64,000 bases of DNA from Kiritimatiellia bacterium (GTDB lineage Bacteria > Verrucomicrobiota > Kiritimatiellia > RFP12 > UBA1067). Shown here piece after piece: positions 45,880 to 54,504 of this stretch. Position numbers and translations under genes: made by a program. Position 1 is the stretch's first letter. The number at the start of each line of letters is the position of its first letter. A model generated the notes under the pieces. The model was not told the DNA's origin, searched no databases, and was given only the letters and a program-made list of their open reading frames with translations. The stretch lies in contig JAZLMR010000035.1 in the NCBI GenBank assembly GCA_045598785.1, positions 2,091 to 66,090 of the forward strand, in the 5' to 3' direction.

Positions 45880-48800
45880 TTACCAGAAATCCTCATAATA
45901 GTTTCGGGGCCTCAAGACCTCAATCGTCATCAAGAGCTGCCGTTCGTCGATCGCCCAGCCGTTGAATACCGCCGGCCGCCAGCCGTGCTTCTTCGCCCAT
46001 TCCGCCCAGCCGGCCGCATAGCCCGGCGAATCGGTGGCAAACGGATCCTTGATCTCGATTTCCGTCGTAAACGCCTGTTCGCCGGCATTCGGCCCGTAGA
46101 AGGAGTTCTCGTCGAACACGAACCAGCGCAGCGACACCCAGTTGTCCTTGTTCGACTCCTGCGTCAGCCCGTTCGCCAAAATGCCGTTCACCTTGAAGCT
46201 GGCGTTCGTCCAGTTGAACCCGAGCGAATTGGTCGCATAGTCCCAGGAAGTGTAGCCCGGAGTCAGGCCGCGAATCACATAGGGCGAATACATCGTATTG
46301 GTAACGCCCGCGTCCGTGACCCGCCCGATGCCGTTGGAAATCGCCATGTAGATGGACATCTGCCGGTTGGTGAGCGACGCATCGCCCTCGTAGCCGGCAT
46401 ACTCGGGCCGATCCGGAAGCGGCCGCTCGACCGGCGTCGGCGGCAGGGCGAAGCCGGCGATCAGATACTGGTCGTGCGGCAGGGTCGGGCACATGTCGAG
46501 CCAATACATGTCGGTCAGCGACATGTCGGTGGCATAGTCGATGCCCCGGCGATACGGCACGAACTTCGCCAGCCGCACCGGGCCTTCCGGCCATTCGACG
46601 CCGTAGAGGTTGCGGCCCTTGGAGAACCAGTCGATGATGGCCTCGGAATAGCGGTTCTGCTCGTCAACCCCCAAGTCGCGCAGTTCCTTGCAAACGCGCG
46701 CTTCGGCCACGACCGTGACATTGCTCTCGGCATTGAGGCCGATCGTCACCATATAGGAGTTGTCCAGCTCGTTGGTGACCACCGAAGCCACTTCCACGTC
46801 ATTCGCCCTGACCGACCCGAGCTCATACCACTTGTCGACGCGATAGGTGACGTTCGTGCCGCGCTGCGAGTTCTTCTGGATCACCAGGATCTGCGACGCC
46901 GTCGAATCGACCGCCTCGCCGCAAGTCTGGTAGATGTGCGGACCGAGCAGGTTGCAGTAGACGTAAATCGAAGTTCCGAACGGCGAAGGATGGTCTGGGT
47001 CGATCTCCTGCGGGGTGCCGTCGGCATAAGTGTTGATCCGGCCCGGGGTGTGCACCATCACCCGGTCCCAGTTGTTCGAGCTCTCGCCGCGCCCGGTCGC
47101 CACGCTGAGCGACTTCGTCTCGCCCCCGTCGTCGTCGCCGACATAGACGAAGTCGGCCCCGCTCATGTGCGCATTCAGGAAGTTGACCGTATTCGTCGGG
47201 CTGTACTGATCGCGCAGATACTCCGAACCCGCCCAGAAATTGGTGCCGATCACGACGATCTCGTCTTCGACGATGCCGCTCGAACGCACCAGCTGGATGC
47301 CAAACGGCGACATCTCCGAAATGCGCCCGTCGGCCTTCAGGATGTTGCCGTCCCAGTTCTTGAAGTTCCAGACGCCGTCCAGCGTGCCGTCATTGAGGCT
47401 GAGCCGCCCGGTCTGATAGGTCGGCAGGCTCGCGATCACGCGGAAGACCATGCCCGACGCCTGGCCGAGCAGATCCTTCTTCATGCCCGTCAGCCCGTCC
47501 TGGCCGAAGGTGGCGGCCTCGTTGGTAAGCACCGAACCGCTGCCCGTCTGCGCCACCAGCATCCGCACCGACCAGCCGGTGATGTCGGCCTCGCTCGGCA
47601 CCGCGATTTCCAGATACTGATAGTCCTTGTCGACGCTGGCCCCGCTTTGCGCATAGCCGCCGAAGAGATTGACCTCGTTGATCCACGCCCAGCCCGGAGC
47701 CACGGTATCGAGAATGTTGTAGGCCGAGAACGCGCCGTTGCCGTATTGGGCGTTGCAGTCGACCGGCTCGAACCAGGCCGGCTTCTGCCAGTCGGCCGCC
47801 GACAGCGCATTGGTGAGCGGCAGATCCTGGCCCTTCATGTAATAGACGACTTCCAGCGAATACTGCACCACCGTGCCCGACTTCTCCGACGGCGCCACGA
47901 CCGAACCCGCCGCCGACAGGTGGCTCGACCGGTAGACGAGGCTGTCCGTGCCTTCGGCGCGCGCCAGCTCGGCGGACTTGGCGTCGGCATGGTCGCGCCA
48001 GTTGTCGTAGCCCCAGGGATAGACGTTCTCGTACCAGTGGAAGAACACCCGCGGCGCGTGTTCGGGCGTGTCCAGGTCGATCTTGTTGGAAAGTTGCGCG
48101 GCGTAAAGCTCGGTCTGGATGCCCCACTCCTCGTTGCAAAGCGGCTGCTGGTCCTTGCGCGGCATGTTGGGAAGGTAACGCGCGTCGCCGAGATTCGTGC
48201 GGAAGGTGCCGGTGTTGCGGAAGCCGAGGCGCGCCCGAATGGCCTCGAAGACCGCCACTTCGTCCAAAAGCACCCGCTGCACGTTGCCGGCCGCCGGATA
48301 GGGCCCGGCCTCGCCGGTCACGCCCGCCACCCCCGTCACCGCGAACCGGAACGCCGTATAGTTCTTGGTCAGCGGCGCCTGGAAGGAGAAGGTCTCGTAA
48401 CGGTCGCAGCCGATTTCGATTTCGCCCAAATACTCGAAGTCGGAATCTTCCGCCGCCGGATCGGTCGAAGTCGTGCCGTAGATCGTCACCGTCGGATTAG
48501 CGTCGCCGGGATTGTACTTGCGCGCCTTGAAGGAAACCTCGCCGACCACGCCCTTCAGGAAGATCGGCGTCTGCAGGAACGGCATGTGCGGCTTGTAGTC
48601 CTGATCGGCGCGCACGTCGTCGGTCACCGAATTGTTGAGCGCATAGCTCAGCCCGTGGGTGCGGAGATCGCCCTTGGTGCCGTCGCTCAGCAGCCACATC
48701 GACTCGTCGTCGGTCGTGCGCAGGTTCCAGCCCCACCAGCTGCCGCTGTCAAGCGTCGGATTGTCGCGGGCGCCGGCCATGGTGATGAAGACCCGCCCGA

Positions 48801-51800
48801 ATTCCGGATCGTTGTTTTCGTTATAAAGCGGATTGTGCGCCTGCCGAGCCAGTTCTGGATCGACCACCGCCCGCATGACGCCGACGATGCCGTGCTGCCC
48901 GATGTAAGTGGAGATAATGCCCTGCTTGCGGTCGTCGGCGCTCAGCGCGGAGAAATCGACCGTCTCGACCGTTTCCCAGCCGAGCTGGCTTTCGGTGATG
49001 CTCGCCAGCGTCGTGTAGTCGACGTCATTGGTGGCGATCTGCACCAGGAGGCGCGCCTTGGGATGGGCGTCGCGATAGGCGAAGCTGAAGGATCCGAGGC
49101 CGGTGCCGCGGCCGTTGCGGCCGTCCATCAGCGGCGAACGGACGCTGGCCGGCGTCTCGGCGGTCGCCCGCATCGGATTGAGCTCCACTTCGCTCCGGTC
49201 GTTGATCCAAGCCGTGGTGTAGATGAAGTTGGACGGCGCTCCGTAGCCGACATCCGGGAAGAGGTAGCGGTCGGGGTTGCTGGCATCGTCATAGTCTTCA
49301 CCGCGCCACTGCCGCAGCGAGAGCGAATCGATGACCACGTCGGAGCTGCCCGACTCCAGCCCCGTATGCAGCAGCACGTCGACATCCTCGGCGAGATACA
49401 GCTTGATCACCTGCTCTTCGAAGCCGAACGAACGCACGTAGTTGGTGCAGACGGGAGTGAAGTTCTCCTCCAGGTGCGGCGAGGTCTCGACAACGACATA
49501 CTGGTTGGGAACCTGCGCCTTGAAGCCGTAGACTTGCGCCGGCACGTCGTTGGAATAGTCCTTGATGTCCATCCGGTCGCGATAGATGTTCCAGTTCTCG
49601 TAATCTTCGTCGAAATTGATCAGCGGCTGCTCGTTGGCGAAGGTGACCGTCTTGGAACTGGTCCAGTGATGGAAGCCCGGGTCGTTGCCCGCCGCCGCCG
49701 AAGCCCAGTCGGTCGCCCACGCAACGGCATTCGGCGACAGCACCGGCCGCGCAAAGACCGCCGGACAGTCGCGGGAGCCGACGCCGAAGGTGCCCGAAAC
49801 GTAGTTGACCGTATTCGAGTCGCAAAAGCAGACCTTGTAGAACGGCGAGCCGGAAAGCCGCGTCGACTTGTCGACCTTGACGCCGCCCGGCGTGTTCAGG
49901 ACGCCCGCCACCACGCGCACGCCGTCGACCGCGTTGCTGCACGAAATGAAGAGCGCGCCCAGGTGATTCTGATAGCCGTCCAAGCCCATGCCGCTGGAAC
50001 CGCCGTACTGGTAATAGGAGGAGCGGCCGAGCGCCTGCACCGTGCCGTTCGCCAGCCACTTGTAGAGGCAAAGCTGCACCTGGTCCTCCGAAACCCGCTC
50101 CAGCCGCGCCTCGTAGCCGCCCTTGGAATCGCGGAAGTTGGCGACCACCGAAACGCTCCCGACGCCGGTGAACTCCTTGTCGTCCAGCGTCGCCATGCCG
50201 CAGTTCACCGCGAAGGTGTAGTTCTTCATCGCGTAGACGTCGTTCGTGGTGCCGGTATAGTAGTTGAACGAATGGATGTTGTAGGACTGCGCGATGCGCG
50301 AGGAGAAGGTGAAGGTCTCGACGCCGCGCGGCGTCTGCTTGGCCGGGAACTGGATCGAACCGTAGCCCTCGCCCTTCATCTGGAAGGCAATGGACGGCCA
50401 GTTGATCTCGCGATAACGCTCCGACACCCACATGCCGTTCATGGCCGTCCAGCCGTTCGGCGTGAGCTTCTTGCCCGAGAACGGCTTTTCAATCGCCCAG
50501 TCGCCTTCCGTCTCCGCGACGACATTGAAAAACTCAGTCCACCACGAGCCGTTGGTCGCCGCCGTTTCGGCAAACATCGTAAAGGTCTCGGCCCAGTTCT
50601 GCGCCTTGCGCGAAGCTCCGGAGCGGCGGTCGACGTCGGTGAAGGTGCCGACGAAGTGACCGTTCACGTCGCCGTCGGGCAAGTTCGCATCCGTCCACCG
50701 GTTGAAGTTCTGGTAGTCGGCGTGGATGACGGTCAGCGTCCGCGTCTGATCCTCGACCTGGAAAAGCAGATAGCCGGTAACGCCGTCGCAGGGCACCTTC
50801 GCCCACTCGTCGGCGCCGCCGTCGACCAGCACGTCATTCACCGGCAGCTCCCGCTGGTCGACGCCATGCAGGTAATTGGTGGACCACTGGTAGTCGCTGC
50901 CGCCATTGACCTGCGGATTGAGCGCCACGATGCGGTACTCCAGCCCGGCGGTGAAATTGGTCAGCGTCTGGTAGAAGCCGCGCCAGATGTGGTCGTCGGC
51001 CAGCTTCATGGGAATCATGCTCACTTCCGCCGGGCGCTCCGGTCGCCGCACGTAAAGCCGGAACGCCTCATAGGCGCTCGCCCCGTCACGAAGCCGCACG
51101 AAATAGTCGGTGCCCATGGCCGGAGATGGCTTCGCCTCGGAATAGACGCCGTCGGCCACGGCTGAAATGCGCACGTTGTCGCGCCGCTCGGTATAGCCGT
51201 CGGGCCAACGCCAGCCGCTCAGGCCGGAGTAATCCCAATACTCGTAGAACGGCGCGTTGACCGTCGCCTCGACCGAATACTCGATGTCGCCCGTGCCATC
51301 GGCCTCCAGCGGCGCCGTGGTGACGAATTTCGTCGGATCCGACTCGCTGGGATTCATCAGCAGCCGCTTCCACGGATTGACCTTCTGGTTAAGATAGCGC
51401 CAGCGGTAGTTCATCGTCATCGCCCCGACAAACGAGGCATCGACCTCGTTCGTGCCGTTGACGATGTACTCCACCTTCGCCAGGCCATGCAGCCGCCCGA
51501 TGTCGGCCGCGGTCGGGAAGGCGATGTCAAACGGCGCGCGCTGGCCGCAGAAGGCATCGGCGAAACGCTCGGTCGGAATGTCGCGGGTGTCGTCTTCGCC
51601 ATAGGCCGGCGCCCCGTACTGCCGGAGCCGCGCGCCCATCGCCGGCGCGGATACGATGATGTTGTCGACAATCACCAGCCCTTCGCCGTCGGGGCCGACA
51701 TCCGCGGCAAAGCCCACGCCCGGCGCATCGACGCGCACAATGCGGATGCGCGCCGGACCCGTATGGTCGATGGCCGCGCGAACGCGGTAGAACCAGTTCG

Positions 51801-54504
51801 TCGTCCCCTCCAGCTCGCGCATCGCCAGCCGCGCCACGTTCGTGCCGAAGACCGACGAATCCAGCTCCGTCACGCCGTCGCAGATCGCAAACACGTCGAA
51901 CAGGACGTCCTTCCACTCGCCTTCGGTGACCACCGCCTCGTCGCTCTCGCACAGCTGCACCTTGAGCTCGCCGGCATAATCGCAATAGGCGTTGACCGCA
52001 TCGAAGTAAACCGTGCCGACGCCATTGGGATAATAGGGCGAATAGGCGGCCGCCGGATCTTCCGCGTCAGTTTCGAGCGACCGGTTCTGCAAGATCAGCG
52101 TACCGGCATAGCGCTGGCCGTTCGCCCGCTTTTCGGAATCCTCGAAGCGGCAGGCGTTTCCGCCCCAAGGCAGCATGTTCATGCCCTCCTTGAGCGTCCA
52201 GTCGTTCTGGAAGAGGTTGCCGATGCGGGCATGGCGGAAATGCCACAGCGGCCGGCCGGTGTCGGGCTCGTTGTAGACATGCATGTCGCCATCCATCACG
52301 AAACGCCCGCTGCCGTCCCAGGCCGAACCCGAATGCTCCCAGACCTCGTTCGTCGTCGAGTCCACGTCATAAAAGCCCTGCAACGCCACCGGGCACTCCG
52401 GCGACTCGTCGGAATTGAAGAGCATCACCCGGTCATAGCCCGAAAGCTGCCGATAGGCGCGCTGCTCGAAAATGACGAAATACAGCTCGTAGGTAAGCCC
52501 CGAGCGCACGCCCGCCGGCACGTCGGCGACCACCCGATAGGTGCCCGGCACCGTCGGCCGCGCCTTAAGCTCGCGCCCGTCGAGATCGTAATACTTGAGA
52601 ATCGAAACGCCGTAACGCGGGCGACCGGCGTAAACCACCAGCGAATCCACCTCATCCAGCGACACCGCATTCGGAATCACCTGCGGCTCCTCAACCCAGT
52701 AGTTGTCGGAATCCTTCGTCGAGCCGTTGCCGTACTTCAGATAGCCGGCGTCCAGTTCCTGATTGTATTCCGCCTGGATCCAAATCTCGCTCCGCACCGT
52801 CTTCGCGATGCGGATTTCATCGCCGCAGAACCCGTTGAGAAACACCTGGAAGCCGCAGTTCGTAGGCGCATAGGCGTAGACGCCGCCGTTGACCAGCCGC
52901 CCGTTGGCATAGAAGGCGAACGCATCGTCGGGCGTATGCGAGAAGCCGACATGGAACCAATTCTTGGTAATGTCGGGGAGGCCGGAAAGCGTATACCCCG
53001 CCGCCCCTTGCGCCAGATAGTGGATCGAGCCCAGGCCCTTGGTCGCCACGCCCCACCCCGCCAAGGCCGAACTCGCCTGCCCGGCCTTGTAGCCGACGAA
53101 CGGCACATCGCCAAACGCCGTCAGGTCGCGGGCCAGATACCAGCCGGTCAGGGTGAATTCGCCGTCGACCAGCTGCCGCGACAGGTCGGCGGCCATCAGC
53201 GACGCCGAACCCTCCGCCTGCTGGGCCAGATAACCCGCCGGGCCGACCATCGGCTCCGCCGCCACCACCAGGTTGCCGTTCTCCACCCGCGCCGTCCAGC
53301 CGTTGCCCGTCGAATCCTTGGCCGAACCGGCCGCCGCGTCGCTGAAGTGCCAGACCGCCACGTAGTCGCTCCAGACCTCGCGCGGATTGTTGGGCGGCAG
53401 GGCCGAACCGCTCTGCTGACCCCAGTGCATGCGGATGCGCGCGCCGTTGCGCATGAGCGGCACCTTGACCCAGAAGAGCGACTCGCCGCCCGGATTCCAG
53501 GTGTCGATTTCAAACGGCAGCAGCTTGCCGTTCTCGTCGGTGAAGCGAATGTCATTGCCGACATAATCGGCCCGCGAATAGTAGAAGCCCGCGATATTCG
53601 CCTCGGAAACCCGCACCAGCAACGGGAAGCCGATCAGCGAGTTGACGCCCTTGGGGAAGCCTTCGACGACGATTTCGGCGCTTTCGCGCAGCATCGTGAC
53701 GTCGTCCTGGTCATAGCCGGGATTCTCCTGCGGATTCACTCCCGTAAAGTTGATGTTCTCGACGGCGGCCGCACCCGAAACGCCGAACGAATAGAGCCGC
53801 TCGGCATATTCCGAAGTCGGCTCGACCATGCTCGGGAAGAGCGTGACCTCGTCGGCCGCGACCAGACGGTCGTCAACCCGCACCTCGAACCCGATCAGGC
53901 CCGGCACGCCCGGCACCGCGTTCGCCCGCGCCCGCAAGGTGAGCCGGAACGGCTTGCCGGGAATGACCGAGGCGTCGGTGACGTAGTTGGTCGCGGAAAT
54001 CACGCCGCCGTCCGACACCAAGCCGGCGGTAACCACGAAATTCGTCACCGTCTTGTCGGGGGAGACGTAAATCCAGCAGTTGATCTTGTCGCGCTCGCTG
54101 AACCGCCGCGGCATCACCAGGTTGTCGTGGGCATAGAGCGTCACCGTCGAGTCGATGTAGATGCCGACTTCCGGCACCGCCTGACCGTGAATCGCCGCCG
54201 GCCCCGAGGATTCCAGCGCCGTCAGCGGCGAAATCGTACGGTGCACTTCGGAGTCGGCCGAGGTCTTCAGATAGCCCTTGGCCTGGCCCACGTGCTGCAC
54301 GATCTTGCCGACCCCGTCGTCGATGCCCAGATACCAATGCGTCGCTCCGGTGTAGTTGCCGCTGTCGTCAAACCCGAAGCGAACTTCCTTGTCCCACAGC
54401 AGATAAGCCGTAAAATCAATGGAGCCTGGCAACAGGGAAGAGCCGCTGACAGTCCCCGCCGTCAACGAAGCCCAACCGAGCAAAGCCAGCAGTTTCGCTC
54501 TCAC
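45880..54504 (-). CDS. Giant secreted protein (2874 aa) with an N-terminal LamG-like module shared with the adjacent 936-aa protein and a second LamG-like domain
   Basis: 8.6-kb ORF with signal peptide MRAKLLALLGWASLTAGTVSG. The N-terminal ~240 aa parallel the 936-aa protein (SIDF..., TNFVVTAGL, RLTLRARANA, GFEVRVDD). LamG-like block around comp(52750..53400) (CGDEIRIAKTVRSEIWIQAEYNQ). 4-nt overlap with the upstream 936-aa gene. Confidence 0.85.
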   Translation of the reverse strand: MRAKLLALLGWASLTAGTVSGSSLLPGSIDFTAYLLWDKEVRFGFDDSGNYTGATHWYLGIDDGVGKIVQHVGQAKGYLKTSADSEVHRTISPLTALESSGPAAIHGQAVPEVGIYIDSTVTLYAHDNLVMPRRFSERDKINCWIYVSPDKTVTNFVVTAGLVSDGGVISATNYVTDASVIPGKPFRLTLRARANAVPGVPGLIGFEVRVDDRLVAADEVTLFPSMVEPTSEYAERLYSFGVSGAAAVENINFTGVNPQENPGYDQDDVTMLRESAEIVVEGFPKGVNSLIGFPLLVRVSEANIAGFYYSRADYVGNDIRFTDENGKLLPFEIDTWNPGGESLFWVKVPLMRNGARIRMHWGQQSGSALPPNNPREVWSDYVAVWHFSDAAAGSAKDSTGNGWTARVENGNLVVAAEPMVGPAGYLAQQAEGSASLMAADLSRQLVDGEFTLTGWYLARDLTAFGDVPFVGYKAGQASSALAGWGVATKGLGSIHYLAQGAAGYTLSGLPDITKNWFHVGFSHTPDDAFAFYANGRLVNGGVYAYAPTNCGFQVFLNGFCGDEIRIAKTVRSEIWIQAEYNQELDAGYLKYGNGSTKDSDNYWVEEPQVIPNAVSLDEVDSLVVYAGRPRYGVSILKYYDLDGRELKARPTVPGTYRVVADVPAGVRSGLTYELYFVIFEQRAYRQLSGYDRVMLFNSDESPECPVALQGFYDVDSTTNEVWEHSGSAWDGSGRFVMDGDMHVYNEPDTGRPLWHFRHARIGNLFQNDWTLKEGMNMLPWGGNACRFEDSEKRANGQRYAGTLILQNRSLETDAEDPAAAYSPYYPNGVGTVYFDAVNAYCDYAGELKVQLCESDEAVVTEGEWKDVLFDVFAICDGVTELDSSVFGTNVARLAMRELEGTTNWFYRVRAAIDHTGPARIRIVRVDAPGVGFAADVGPDGEGLVIVDNIIVSAPAMGARLRQYGAPAYGEDDTRDIPTERFADAFCGQRAPFDIAFPTAADIGRLHGLAKVEYIVNGTNEVDASFVGAMTMNYRWRYLNQKVNPWKRLLMNPSESDPTKFVTTAPLEADGTGDIEYSVEATVNAPFYEYWDYSGLSGWRWPDGYTERRDNVRISAVADGVYSEAKPSPAMGTDYFVRLRDGASAYEAFRLYVRRPERPAEVSMIPMKLADDHIWRGFYQTLTNFTAGLEYRIVALNPQVNGGSDYQWSTNYLHGVDQRELPVNDVLVDGGADEWAKVPCDGVTGYLLFQVEDQTRTLTVIHADYQNFNRWTDANLPDGDVNGHFVGTFTDVDRRSGASRKAQNWAETFTMFAETAATNGSWWTEFFNVVAETEGDWAIEKPFSGKKLTPNGWTAMNGMWVSERYREINWPSIAFQMKGEGYGSIQFPAKQTPRGVETFTFSSRIAQSYNIHSFNYYTGTTNDVYAMKNYTFAVNCGMATLDDKEFTGVGSVSVVANFRDSKGGYEARLERVSEDQVQLCLYKWLANGTVQALGRSSYYQYGGSSGMGLDGYQNHLGALFISCSNAVDGVRVVAGVLNTPGGVKVDKSTRLSGSPFYKVCFCDSNTVNYVSGTFGVGSRDCPAVFARPVLSPNAVAWATDWASAAAGNDPGFHHWTSSKTVTFANEQPLINFDEDYENWNIYRDRMDIKDYSNDVPAQVYGFKAQVPNQYVVVETSPHLEENFTPVCTNYVRSFGFEEQVIKLYLAEDVDVLLHTGLESGSSDVVIDSLSLRQWRGEDYDDASNPDRYLFPDVGYGAPSNFIYTTAWINDRSEVELNPMRATAETPASVRSPLMDGRNGRGTGLGSFSFAYRDAHPKARLLVQIATNDVDYTTLASITESQLGWETVETVDFSALSADDRKQGIISTYIGQHGIVGVMRAVVDPELARQAHNPLYNENNDPEFGRVFITMAGARDNPTLDSGSWWGWNLRTTDDESMWLLSDGTKGDLRTHGLSYALNNSVTDDVRADQDYKPHMPFLQTPIFLKGVVGEVSFKARKYNPGDANPTVTIYGTTSTDPAAEDSDFEYLGEIEIGCDRYETFSFQAPLTKNYTAFRFAVTGVAGVTGEAGPYPAAGNVQRVLLDEVAVFEAIRARLGFRNTGTFRTNLGDARYLPNMPRKDQQPLCNEEWGIQTELYAAQLSNKIDLDTPEHAPRVFFHWYENVYPWGYDNWRDHADAKSAELARAEGTDSLVYRSSHLSAAGSVVAPSEKSGTVVQYSLEVVYYMKGQDLPLTNALSAADWQKPAWFEPVDCNAQYGNGAFSAYNILDTVAPGWAWINEVNLFGGYAQSGASVDKDYQYLEIAVPSEADITGWSVRMLVAQTGSGSVLTNEAATFGQDGLTGMKKDLLGQASGMVFRVIASLPTYQTGRLSLNDGTLDGVWNFKNWDGNILKADGRISEMSPFGIQLVRSSGIVEDEIVVIGTNFWAGSEYLRDQYSPTNTVNFLNAHMSGADFVYVGDDDGGETKSLSVATGRGESSNNWDRVMVHTPGRINTYADGTPQEIDPDHPSPFGTSIYVYCNLLGPHIYQTCGEAVDSTASQILVIQKNSQRGTNVTYRVDKWYELGSVRANDVEVASVVTNELDNSYMVTIGLNAESNVTVVAEARVCKELRDLGVDEQNRYSEAIIDWFSKGRNLYGVEWPEGPVRLAKFVPYRRGIDYATDMSLTDMYWLDMCPTLPHDQYLIAGFALPPTPVERPLPDRPEYAGYEGDASLTNRQMSIYMAISNGIGRVTDAGVTNTMYSPYVIRGLTPGYTSWDYATNSLGFNWTNASFKVNGILANGLTQESNKDNWVSLRWFVFDENSFYGPNAGEQAFTTEIEIKDPFATDSPGYAAGWAEWAKKHGWRPAVFNGWAIDERQLLMTIEVLRPRNYYEDFW